A stretch of DNA of 64,000 bases from Vicinamibacterales bacterium (GTDB taxonomy: Bacteria > Acidobacteriota > Vicinamibacteria > Vicinamibacterales > UBA2999). Positions 46,449-55,201 of the stretch are shown here, piece by piece (position 1 is the first letter of the stretch; every line of letters starts with the position of its first letter). Location: contig DASPNQ010000075.1 in NCBI GenBank assembly GCA_035626435.1, forward strand, positions 124-64,123. The letters run 5' to 3'. The notes beneath the pieces are model-generated. The model was not told the DNA's origin. It ran no database searches and worked only from the letters and a program-made list of their open reading frames with translations. The position numbers and the translations under genes are program-made.

Positions 46449-46930
46449 TGTTGCGCGGGCCGTCTCGCGCGGCCGGAGGTGTGCGAATGACGGATCTTCC
46501 AGCCGGCCGCCGTCTTGATGAGCACGAGCGTTTCGAGGCCTTCGTTGTCCAGCAGACGGTCGCCCATCTTCGCCTTGATGGTGTAACGGGAGACCGCGTA
46601 CGCGGACTCTCCACCCGGGAGCACGGTCACCTTCGTCCCGGCATGCGCGAACTCGAGATTCTCAAACGCCTTGAGCTCCGGACCGAGATGACGATCGCGA
46701 TAATCCGCCCAGCCGTCGTTGACGCCGGCACCTTCGTAGATCGTCACGTCGGGATGGTAGAAGGCGGCGATGCGGTCGAGATCCTTGGATAGAAATGCCG
46801 CGTCATATCCCCTCAACCATGCTTCGATCGCGGCGGCTTCGGTGACCGCGGCAGGTGCCGGGTCGGTCCGCTGCCGCGCGCCGGCGGGAACGGCGATCAT
46901 CAACACGAGTAAGAGAACGCTGCTTTTCAT
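46445..46930 (-). CDS. Secreted SnoaL-like / DUF4440 (NTF2-fold) protein
   Basis: Signal peptide present. About 140 aa with the ...WKIRHSHTS C-terminal pattern typical of the NTF2-like fold. Confidence 0.5.
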   Translation of the reverse strand: MKSSVLLLVLMIAVPAGARQRTDPAPAAVTEAAAIEAWLRGYDAAFLSKDLDRIAAFYHPDVTIYEGAGVNDGWADYRDRHLGPELKAFENLEFAHAGTKVTVLPGGESAYAVSRYTIKAKMGDRLLDNEGLETLVLIKTAAGWKIRHSHTSGRARRPAQQ

Positions 46931-46982
46931 GACTTCTCCCTCTTGTAATCCAGCGCATTACGAAACGTCGCGGTTTGCGACA

Positions 46983-47619
46983 TCAGTGCATCGGTATTCG
47001 CCCAGTCACGTGTCGAAGGACGATGGCGGCTGCCAGCAGCGCGATGGTCGCCCAGAAAGCATAGAACATGGGCGTGCGAACCGGCGGCGCGTCACGTAAT
47101 CGACTTCGAGTGAGCCGCCCAAACGGCGTACGTCCGTCCGGCTTCAGCACGGACAACACGATCGCCACCAGCAACACGAACGCGCCGGCCGCCGCATCGC
47201 CAAGAAGTTGGAGACGTGAATCACGAAGATGTTCGAATTCAACCGAGCCGCTGATCGCCGCGTCCGCGACTGTGCTCATGAGCCGCATGTGCAGCAGCAA
47301 CAGCAGGCTGGCGCCGACGGTGATTAACAGCTTGGCTAATACCCAATAGTGTCGAACGAGGCCCCCACGGTGTGGCGACGGACTGGACGATCCCGGTGGC
47401 GAGAGTCGCGGCGCTCAACGGCACAATTGCGTACCAACCGAGGGCCTCCATCGCGACGTATAGCGCGCGACCGTCTGGGTCGCTGCCGCCGCGAAGACCC
47501 AACACAGCGAGCACGGCAAACCCGACGACGGCGCCAAACCACCCGACGGAGACGGCCACATGGACGATCAAGGTCAGTTTCGGCACCACAGTCGTTCGCA
47601 CTCTACCGCAATGACACAT
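46983..47619 (-). pseudogene. Multi-TM membrane protein gene interrupted by a 1-nt frame change in a C5/G5 tract
   Basis: Track ORFs 47239..47619 and 46983..47300 are two frames of one hydrophobic protein. Frame 1 reads ...GIVQSVATPWG up to 47362. Frame 2 continues LVRHYWVLAKLLITVGASLLLLLHM... from 47360. The junction is the CCCCC run at 47362-47366. Confidence 0.5.
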
Positions 47620-47669
47620 CGTCGCTTAACGATGACTGAACGGTGGTTTTGGTTATACGATGCGCGGGC

Positions 47670-48677
47670 ATGCGCTTCAGCGGGATCGTCGCGGTGGCCA
47701 TCTCAATCACCGCGTGTACCGATGCGCCGGTAAAGATCGCGTCGATGGCGATTGCCGGGCCGACGCCGGCGGTTGCGCCGCCGCCGCTGCCCACCGCGGT
47801 GCCAGGCGTGCTCCAGATTGCGATGCCCGTAGAGCCCGGCGATGCCGCCAGTAACGCGTTTGGCATTACGCCCTTCGGGTATCACGGTGCCGATCATGCG
47901 GAAGACGGACACGCAGGGTGGGATATCGAATATCGCATTGGCGGCGTCGTGCGCGCTGCCGCCGCCGGCACCGTGCAGAGCGTGTCCGCCGATCCGCTGA
48001 GCCCCGGCCGAAGCACCGTGCATGTGGAGCACGTTGTAGGCGCGCACCACTATCGAACCGTGTACACGAACATCACGACCCTGGCACCTGGTATCGTCAC
48101 GTCTGAGCTCGTGAGATCAGGCCAAGCCATCGGTACCGCAGGCACGATGAACACGATCATCGGCACCACGACCCTTTCGTACGCAATGACGCATTTCCAA
48201 CTCGACGACTTCGAGTTCTACCGCGACACTCCTCATCCCAACGCCGTCAGTCCTGAACCGTTTTTGTCCCCAGAGGCGCGCCTGTTGTTCGATGGTTTGT
48301 GGGCGCGCGCGGCCTTCAGTCAGGAGCCGGTCGAGCCGTTCGCGACGAACCCGCGCGCGGTGGTGTTTCCGGTCTCGCGGACCTGGACGCGCGCCGGTGG
48401 CAACGGGCCCGCAGGCATTCGATTTACGCAGCGCACGCCGCGCAGCAGCGGCTACGAGTACGCGCTGCTCGCCGAGTCGGGTACCGCGACTGAGACAGGC
48501 ACCGTCCTGCTGAACGCCGCCGCGCGTCCGAACCCGACAATAGATCTGGTGAGCGCCACATCGCGGCGCGCCGGCATCTACGACATCGTTTCGAACGAAA
48601 TGCGGCTGGCGCTCGCGGAACCCGGCGCGGCGCGGCCGACGAGCCTGGGTGCCGGCGTCTATCGAACGGCGAGATGA
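47670..48677 (+). CDS. Lipoprotein with degenerate M23/LytM-like peptidase domain
   Basis: Lipobox VAISITAC. An HxxxD-like GHAGWDI motif is present. The second His motif is reduced to MTHFQ, so catalytic competence is uncertain. Confidence 0.4.
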   Translation: MRFSGIVAVAISITACTDAPVKIASMAIAGPTPAVAPPPLPTAVPGVLQIAMPVEPGDAASNAFGITPFGYHGADHAEDGHAGWDIEYRIGGVVRAAAAGTVQSVSADPLSPGRSTVHVEHVVGAHHYRTVYTNITTLAPGIVTSELVRSGQAIGTAGTMNTIIGTTTLSYAMTHFQLDDFEFYRDTPHPNAVSPEPFLSPEARLLFDGLWARAAFSQEPVEPFATNPRAVVFPVSRTWTRAGGNGPAGIRFTQRTPRSSGYEYALLAESGTATETGTVLLNAAARPNPTIDLVSATSRRAGIYDIVSNEMRLALAEPGAARPTSLGAGVYRTAR

Positions 48678-50677
48678 CCATGGCACGTTGGTTAGTCGCC
48701 GGCGTCGCGCTCGTGATCGTCACGATTGAGCTGTCGGCGCAGCCGCGAAAGGTCACCGTCGACGATTTGATGGCCCTGCGGACGATCAACGACGTCGAGA
48801 TCTCGCCCGCCGGCGATCGGATTGCCTATTCGGTGTCGACGCCGTCAGTCGAGCGCAACGTCCACGAGCCGGCGCTCTTCGTGATCGCGGTCACCGGCGG
48901 CCGCCCGCTGCGGATTGCGGAGAACTACACAATCTTCACGCCGGCATTGCCGGCGCCAAGGATTCGATGGAGACCGGATGGGCGGCTGTCGGTGCTCGTC
49001 GCCGACAAGACCGGCCCGCAAGTGCTCAGCGTCAACGCCGACAATACTGGCGCGCAGGTCGTCAGCGCCGCGCCGCAGGGAGTCAGCAGCTACGAATGGT
49101 CGCCGGACGGCAAGTACCTCGCTTACGTGACGCGAGACCCGGTGCCGTCGCCGCCGCCGATTGCCAATCGAGTGGGCGCCAGGCCGCCACCGACCCGGCT
49201 GTGGATCCAGCCGCTCGATCCGGCCGGTCCGGCTCGCGCGCTGACGCCGGTGGATCATTACGTCGACAGTTTCTCGTGGTCGCCCGACAGCAAAGAGATC
49301 GCTTACGCGTTTGCCCCGGTGGTCGGCTTCCTTGCCCCGTACCAGACGCGCATTTTCGGCGTGGCGGTCGACGGGAGTGCGCCGCGGCCGATCATCGATC
49401 GCGCCGGCATGAACGTCTCGCCGCAGTTCTCGCCGGATGGCCGCAGCATCGCATTCATCTCCACCAACGAACGCACCGGAATCATGGCGCCACGCGGCCT
49501 CGCGGTTGCGGACGCGTCCGGACGCAATGCCAACGTCCGGTCGTTTCCGATGAACGGCGCGTGGATCGCGGAGCTGCTGTGGACGCCGGACAGCCGCCAC
49601 CTGTACGTGACGATGAACGAGGGGACATTCGCGACGGGGCGCGGCATGTTCGAAATGCCCGCCGTGCGTGTGTCGCTTGCCGACGGTTCGGTGCAGCGCC
49701 TGGGCGACGATCGGCGCGCACTCAACTACAACCTCAGCCTGAGCAGGGACGGCGGCACGCTGGCATTTCGCGAAGTCCGAGCGCGCGACATGGGTGACCT
49801 TGCGGTCATGGACGTCGCCTCGAAACAGACCACGCTGCTGACGACCGTCAATCCGGAGTTGCGGCAACTCGCGCTCGGCGATTTGCGGGCCATCTCGTGG
49901 AAGTCGTTCGACGGCATGGAAATCTGGGGTCTGCTGCTGACACCCGCCGGTTACGACGGCCAATCACGGCTGCCGTTGCTGGTGTATTGCCACGGCGGGC
50001 CGATCGGCGGCGTCACCCTGGGCCTGTTTCCGCAGTTCATGCACGTGCCCGGCCAGATCGATCCGTATCCAACCGAGGCGTTTGCGAGCGCCGGTTTCGC
50101 GGTGCTGTTTCCGATGCCGCGCGGCGGGTCGGGATACGGCGAGGCGGGCCACCGGATGATCATCAACGACTGGGGCGGCCCCGACTACAAGGACATCATG
50201 GCCGGCGTCGATCATCTGATCGCCCAGGGTATTGCCGATGCCGATCGCCTTGGCGTGATGGGTGCGTCGTACGGCGGCTTCATGACCAACTGGATTGTCA
50301 CGCAGACATCGCGTTTCAAGGCGGCCGCGGCCGGGGCGAGCATCGCCGACCTCAGCGATCTCTATTATCTGACCGACGGCGGCGATTTGATGGCCGAGTA
50401 TTACCAGCTGCCATGGGAGAACCCCGAGGGCTATCGACGCAGCTCGCCGCTGACGCATGTCGCCAACGTCAGGACGCCGATTCTGATCTCTCATGGCGAT
50501 CGCGACCCGCGCGTGCCGCTGGCGACCGCGCAGAAGTTCTTCCGTGCGCTGCAGGCGCATGGCAAGACCGCGGAGATGGACATCTATCCCCGCGGCGGTC
50601 ACGTCTTCTACGAGCCGCAGCAGGAGAGGGCAGTCATGACGCGCAACTTCGAGTGGATGTTGCGTTGGGTGAGGTAG
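48674..50677 (+). CDS. S9-family serine peptidase (prolyl oligopeptidase / acylaminoacyl peptidase type)
   Basis: N-terminal beta-propeller with repeated SPDG segments. Catalytic GASYGG, plus HGDRDPRVP and GGHVF. The start overlaps the upstream stop (ATGA). Confidence 0.85.
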   Translation: MTMARWLVAGVALVIVTIELSAQPRKVTVDDLMALRTINDVEISPAGDRIAYSVSTPSVERNVHEPALFVIAVTGGRPLRIAENYTIFTPALPAPRIRWRPDGRLSVLVADKTGPQVLSVNADNTGAQVVSAAPQGVSSYEWSPDGKYLAYVTRDPVPSPPPIANRVGARPPPTRLWIQPLDPAGPARALTPVDHYVDSFSWSPDSKEIAYAFAPVVGFLAPYQTRIFGVAVDGSAPRPIIDRAGMNVSPQFSPDGRSIAFISTNERTGIMAPRGLAVADASGRNANVRSFPMNGAWIAELLWTPDSRHLYVTMNEGTFATGRGMFEMPAVRVSLADGSVQRLGDDRRALNYNLSLSRDGGTLAFREVRARDMGDLAVMDVASKQTTLLTTVNPELRQLALGDLRAISWKSFDGMEIWGLLLTPAGYDGQSRLPLLVYCHGGPIGGVTLGLFPQFMHVPGQIDPYPTEAFASAGFAVLFPMPRGGSGYGEAGHRMIINDWGGPDYKDIMAGVDHLIAQGIADADRLGVMGASYGGFMTNWIVTQTSRFKAAAAGASIADLSDLYYLTDGGDLMAEYYQLPWENPEGYRRSSPLTHVANVRTPILISHGDRDPRVPLATAQKFFRALQAHGKTAEMDIYPRGGHVFYEPQQERAVMTRNFEWMLRWVR

Positions 50678-50745
50678 CCTCGGCCTTCGGCCTTCGGCGG
50701 TTCCTAGTTCCTAGTTCCTAGTTCCTAATTCCTAATTCCTAATTC
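50677..50745. repeat. Composite tandem heptamer array (GCCTTCG units, then CTAGTTC x3 and CTAATTC x3)
   Basis: Read directly, between convergent stops. GCCTTCG is the reverse complement of the CGAAGGC unit seen at 40527 and 45548. The last unit overlaps the amidase stop codon and its final codon. Confidence 0.9.
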
Positions 50746-52649
50746 CTCCGTTCAACCGTCACTCGTTGCCGCTCGATGCCCAGAGGTGATTGCCGGGTGT
50801 AGAGGTGCAGGTACAGACGGCCGGCGGCGAGGTCTTCGCGGTTCCGGCCGCGCAGCGTCGCCGTGCCCGCGCCGCTTCCCTGGTTAGGAGCCATCAGATG
50901 CGCCACGATGGCTCCAGGCTTGTCGCCCTCGCTCCGCTGCAGCGTGATGCCGATGATGCGATCGGTTGTGGGCAGCGTGGTTGCGATTTGGTATTGCAAG
51001 GCACCCGTCGTGCCGTCGTAGGTGAGCTTCACCGTCGCAGCGCCAACCGCGATGACGCGTTCAATCGGCGAGGGAGCCATCCCTTTGACGAGGGGAGGCG
51101 TGCTGAAGGGAGGCCGTCGCAATTTCGACGCCTGCTCCCAGGCAAGTGCGTAGTTCAACAGCTTTGACTCTTCCCACGCACCCGCCAGCAGCTCGAGTCC
51201 AATTGGCAGACCATCAGTGCTAAAACCCGCCGGGATGGAAATGGCCGGCAATCCGGTGGTGGCGCTCAGCTGGCAATTCGTGCCGGCCTGCGGCTCACCG
51301 ATCAACGCGGGCTTTCGCCGCAGCGTCGGATAGGCGAGTGCGTCAACGCGATGTTCTTCGAGCGTCGCCAGGACGGCGGCTCGTGCCGCGCGCCGCTTGA
51401 TCAGCGCCTGCCGGTAGTGCTCGTTGTCGCGTTTCTCGGGTGCATTGCGCAGACGGAAGGTCGTTTCGAGCTCCGCGTGATACAGACCGCGCTCCAGAAT
51501 CTCGCCGAGCGATTTCACGGGCGCCTGCGGGTGCTTCGCAAGATAAGCGGCGAGATCGAACTTGAATTCATCGCCGATCACGCTGCTTTCACGCAGTAGC
51601 TCGTCGAGCCCCGGCACCGCGACCTCGATAATCTCCGCCCCCTGCGCCTTGAAGCCATCGAGCGCCTTGCGCACGATGCCCGCCACTTCCTCGTCTTCGG
51701 GCGCCGTGCCCCACAGCGCGCGCAGCGTACCGATCCGCGCGCCTTTGAGCGCATTCGGTCTCAGCGCGTCACGATACGACCTGGGGATTCGCGATGCGCC
51801 GTCGGCCGTGATCGGGTCATTCGGGTCGGGTCCGACGGTGGCATCGAGCATGATGGCGAGATCGGTCACGGTGCGCGCGAGCGGCCCGGCAATGTCCTGT
51901 GTCGACGACAGCGGCATCACGCCGCTGCGGCTCGACAGTCCATGCGTGCCGCGCAGGCCGACCAGATTCTGGTTGGCCGCCGGAATGCGGATCGACCCAC
52001 AGGTATCGCTGCCCATCCCCGCGGCTGCGAAGCTGGCGCCAACCGCCGCACCGGTGCCGCCGCTCGAGCCACCGGGCACGCGATCGAGGCCGTAGGGATT
52101 GCGGGTCTGCGCCGTGTACGACGAAATGTTGGTAATCCCCGCCGCCAGTTCGTGCATCGTCGTCTTGCCGAGAATAACGGCGCCGGCGTCGCGCAACTTG
52201 CGGACCTGAAAGGCGTCCGCTGCAGGCTGCAGGCCGGCGAGGCCGAGCGCACCGCCGGACGTCGGCATGTCCGACGTGTCGTAATTGTCCTTGATCAATA
52301 CGGGGATGCCATGCAGCGGTCCGCGCACCTTGCTGCCGGCGCGCTCGCGATCCATCGCCTCGGCCTCATCGCGGGCGCGCGGATTGATGAGCACGATCGC
52401 ATTGAGGCGGGGCCCGGCCTGATCGTAGGCCTGGATACGCGCGAGATAGGATTCGACCAGGCCACGCGATGTGACGCGCCCAGCGCGCATCGCCTCCTGT
52501 AACTCGACGATCGAACGTTCGTGCACTTCGAAAAACTCGATCACCGGCGCCGGCTGCGGACGAACCGGTTGCCGCTGCGGGCGCTGCGCCTCAAACGGGG
52601 TGGCAGCCGCGACGGTCAGGACAGCGATCAGCAGAGATCGAAAGCGCAT
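50739..52649 (-). CDS. Secreted amidase (amidase-signature family) with extra C-terminal CHRD-like domain
   Basis: Signal peptide MRFRSLLIAVLTVAAATPFEAQ (ATG at 52649). AS-family GGSSGG region. The final roughly 120 aa lie beyond the amidase core. Confidence 0.8.
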   Translation of the reverse strand: MRFRSLLIAVLTVAAATPFEAQRPQRQPVRPQPAPVIEFFEVHERSIVELQEAMRAGRVTSRGLVESYLARIQAYDQAGPRLNAIVLINPRARDEAEAMDRERAGSKVRGPLHGIPVLIKDNYDTSDMPTSGGALGLAGLQPAADAFQVRKLRDAGAVILGKTTMHELAAGITNISSYTAQTRNPYGLDRVPGGSSGGTGAAVGASFAAAGMGSDTCGSIRIPAANQNLVGLRGTHGLSSRSGVMPLSSTQDIAGPLARTVTDLAIMLDATVGPDPNDPITADGASRIPRSYRDALRPNALKGARIGTLRALWGTAPEDEEVAGIVRKALDGFKAQGAEIIEVAVPGLDELLRESSVIGDEFKFDLAAYLAKHPQAPVKSLGEILERGLYHAELETTFRLRNAPEKRDNEHYRQALIKRRAARAAVLATLEEHRVDALAYPTLRRKPALIGEPQAGTNCQLSATTGLPAISIPAGFSTDGLPIGLELLAGAWEESKLLNYALAWEQASKLRRPPFSTPPLVKGMAPSPIERVIAVGAATVKLTYDGTTGALQYQIATTLPTTDRIIGITLQRSEGDKPGAIVAHLMAPNQGSGAGTATLRGRNREDLAAGRLYLHLYTRQSPLGIERQRVTVERRN

Positions 52650-52745
52650 GGCGCAGATTCTACTCAGGTCGGCGGGGTTTCGGCGTTTTCGCCGTGTTTG
52701 CCGCGTTGACAGCACTTCATCGCGGTGAGACCATTCCGGCACGTT

Positions 52746-53606
52746 ATGACATCGAGGGTTTTCAGGGACATCTCAGTAGCACTCGCAACGTCGGCGATCG
52801 TCGCCGGCGGGTTTTGGTTTGCGGCGCCAGCCGCGTCGCAGACGGCGCGGCCGCCACGTGTGGCCGGCAAGCCGAACCTCAACGGCATCTGGCAGGCACT
52901 CAACACCGCGAACTACAACATCCTGTCGCATCAGGCCAAAGCGGCGCTGGCCATGCGGCCGGGACCGGTCGTGCCCGTGCCGGCGGCGCCGGTGCTCGCA
53001 TTCGGCGCGGTCGGCAGCGTCCCGGCAGGGATCGGCATCGTCGAAGGCGACGAGATCCCATACCTGCCCGACGCGAAGAAGAAGCAACAGGAGAACGAAG
53101 CGAATTGGCTGGATCGCGATCCCGAGATCAAGTGCTACCTCCCCGGCGTGCCGCGAGCCAACTACATGCCGATGCCGTTCCAAATCCTGCATAGCGACAG
53201 GGCGGTGTTCTTTGCCTACGAGTACGCGGGCGCGGTGCGAAACATCTATCTCAAAGATCCGGGCCCCGCTCCCGTCGATTCGTGGATGGGGCAATCCGTC
53301 GGCAAGTGGGATGGGGATACCTTCGTCGTCACCGTCACCGGATTCAACGATCAGACGTGGTTCGATCGCGCCGGCAATCACCACACTGAACGGATGACAG
53401 TCGTCGAGCGCTACACGATGCAGGGCCCCGACCACATGTGGTACGAAGCCACCATCGAGGATCCCGGCACGTTTTCGCGGCCCTGGAAGATGCGTTTTCC
53501 TCTTTACCGGCACATCAATCCCGATGCGCGGCTCAATCAGTTCAAGTGCGTCGAGTTCGTCGAGGAGCTGATGTACGGCAAGTTGCGGAAGACACCGGTT
53601 CAATGA
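52746..53606 (+). CDS. Secreted protein of unknown function (paralog A)
   Basis: Signal peptide present. Shares GKPNLNGIW, SWMGQSVGKWDGDTFVV and later blocks with the next gene. Confidence 0.6.
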   Translation: MTSRVFRDISVALATSAIVAGGFWFAAPAASQTARPPRVAGKPNLNGIWQALNTANYNILSHQAKAALAMRPGPVVPVPAAPVLAFGAVGSVPAGIGIVEGDEIPYLPDAKKKQQENEANWLDRDPEIKCYLPGVPRANYMPMPFQILHSDRAVFFAYEYAGAVRNIYLKDPGPAPVDSWMGQSVGKWDGDTFVVTVTGFNDQTWFDRAGNHHTERMTVVERYTMQGPDHMWYEATIEDPGTFSRPWKMRFPLYRHINPDARLNQFKCVEFVEELMYGKLRKTPVQ

Positions 53607-53660
53607 AGGACAGGCAGACAGGCAGACAGGCAGACAGGCAGACAGGCGGACAGGCGGACT
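53607..53660. repeat. Tandem octamer array GGCAGACA (about 6 units, the last two GGCGGAC-)
   Basis: Read directly. Same unit and orientation as the array at 23366. It occupies the entire spacer from the stop at 53604-53606 to the ATG at 53661. Confidence 0.95.
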
Positions 53661-54692
53661 ATGCGAATAGCGTGGGCAATTGGAGTTGCGGTGATGATGG
53701 GCGGCGGAGCGCTCGCCCAGCAGGCGCCGGCGAGCATTGCCAAGCCATGGACGATGCCGCGGACGCCGGATGGCAAGCCGGATCTGCAAGGTGTCTGGAG
53801 TAATGCGACCATCACGCCCCTGGAACGGCCGCAGGGCGTCACCGATCTCGTATTGAGCGAGGAGGCGGCCGCGCGCATGGAGCGGTCGGTGATCGAACGC
53901 CGCGAGCGGCTGAACGAACCGAGCGATCCAAATCGGCCGGCGCCGCCGCAGGGCGGCGACGGCTCCACGGGAGCCGCGGGCAACGTCGGCGGCTACAACA
54001 ATTTCTGGCTCGATCCGGGCGAGCGTGTCGCCGTGGTCGACGGCCAGCGCCGCAGCTCGCTGATCATCGATCCGCCGGACGGCCGCGTGCCGGCGCTGAC
54101 ACCGGAGGCGCGCGCTCGCCAGCAGGCGCGCGCCAAGGCGATGGCCGGACGCGGGCAGTACGATCATCCGGAATTCCGGCCGCTGGCCGAACGCTGCCTG
54201 TTGTCCTTCGGACCGACGACGCCGCTCGTGCCGAATTACTTCTACAACAACAACGTGCAGATCGTGCAGACGCCCGATCACGTGATGATCCTGATGGAAA
54301 TGGTCCACGACGCCCGCATCGTGCGGATCGGCGGCAGGCACCTGCCGCCGCATATCCGCCCATGGATGGGCGACTCGATCGGCCACTGGGAAGGCGACAC
54401 GCTGGTCGTCGAGACGACGAATTTTCCTCCGCAGCAGAACTTCCGGGGGTCGTCCGAGAATCTGCGCGTCATCGAGCGCTTCCGCCGCGCCGACGCCAAC
54501 ACCATCAATTACCGGTTCACCGTCGACGACCCGACGACGTTTACCGCCCCGTTTACCGGAGAAATTCCGTTTCGGGCGATGGACGAGTTAATCTATGAGT
54601 ACGCGTGCCACGAAGGTAACTACGCTTTGTCGAACGTGCTCAGCGGGGCCCGCAGTGAAGAAAAGCGGCTCGGCACGAAGCAGGAGAAGTAA
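53661..54692 (+). CDS. Secreted protein of unknown function (paralog B)
   Basis: Signal peptide present. GKPDLQGVW, PWMGDSIGHWEGDTLVVETTNF and RVIERF...TVDDPTTFTAPF blocks parallel paralog A. Confidence 0.6.
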   Translation: MRIAWAIGVAVMMGGGALAQQAPASIAKPWTMPRTPDGKPDLQGVWSNATITPLERPQGVTDLVLSEEAAARMERSVIERRERLNEPSDPNRPAPPQGGDGSTGAAGNVGGYNNFWLDPGERVAVVDGQRRSSLIIDPPDGRVPALTPEARARQQARAKAMAGRGQYDHPEFRPLAERCLLSFGPTTPLVPNYFYNNNVQIVQTPDHVMILMEMVHDARIVRIGGRHLPPHIRPWMGDSIGHWEGDTLVVETTNFPPQQNFRGSSENLRVIERFRRADANTINYRFTVDDPTTFTAPFTGEIPFRAMDELIYEYACHEGNYALSNVLSGARSEEKRLGTKQEK

Positions 54693-54696
54693 GAAC

Positions 54697-55146
54697 ATGC
54701 GCAACGTCGTTGGAGCAGTGATTATCGTGGCCGGTGTCGCGCTGGCGGGCCGGACCCTGGTGGCTCATCATGCGTTCGGGGCGGAGTTCGATCCCAACGC
54801 GCCGATTCGGCTCGAAGGCAAGATCGTCCGGCTCGAGTGGGTCAATCCGCACACCTGGATCCACATCGAGGTGATCAAGGACGGCAAACCCGAAATCTGG
54901 ATGGTCGAGGGCGGCACGCCGAACACGCTGCTGCGCCGCGGCATCACCAGGGAAACCGTCGCGATCGGCACGCCGATCATCGTCGACGGCTATCAAACCA
55001 AGGATCATTCGTTGAAGCGGGCCAACGGCCGCGACGTGACGTTCGCCGACGGACGCAAGCTGTTCATGGGGTCATCGGGCACCGGCGCGCCGCGCGATGG
55101 CCGCGATCCGACCGAGCCGCCGGCGCCGAAGAAGCCAGGCAGATAG
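54697..55146 (+). CDS. Small secreted protein, DUF6152-like
   Basis: The ATG at 54697 is preceded by AGGAGAAG. Signal peptide ends ...LVAHHAFGAEFD and is followed by GKIVRLEWVNPHTWIHI. My recollection is that this pattern matches DUF6152. Confidence 0.5.
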   Translation: MRNVVGAVIIVAGVALAGRTLVAHHAFGAEFDPNAPIRLEGKIVRLEWVNPHTWIHIEVIKDGKPEIWMVEGGTPNTLLRRGITRETVAIGTPIIVDGYQTKDHSLKRANGRDVTFADGRKLFMGSSGTGAPRDGRDPTEPPAPKKPGR

Positions 55147-55201
55147 GTCTGGTGATCTGGTGATTTGGTGACCTGATGATCTGACGATCTGGTGATCTAC
55201 G
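55146..55201. repeat. Tandem octamer array GATCTGGT (7 units, degenerate)
   Basis: Read directly: GGTCTGGT GATCTGGT GATTTGGT GACCTGAT GATCTGAC GATCTGGT GATCTACG. It spans the gap between convergent stops and overlaps both stop codons. Confidence 0.9.

Noticed and set aside
52773-54386. 537-aa minus-strand ORF across the paralog A/B genes.
   Set aside because: It runs straight through the octamer array and both signal-peptide-bearing plus-strand genes. Arg-rich shadow ORF.
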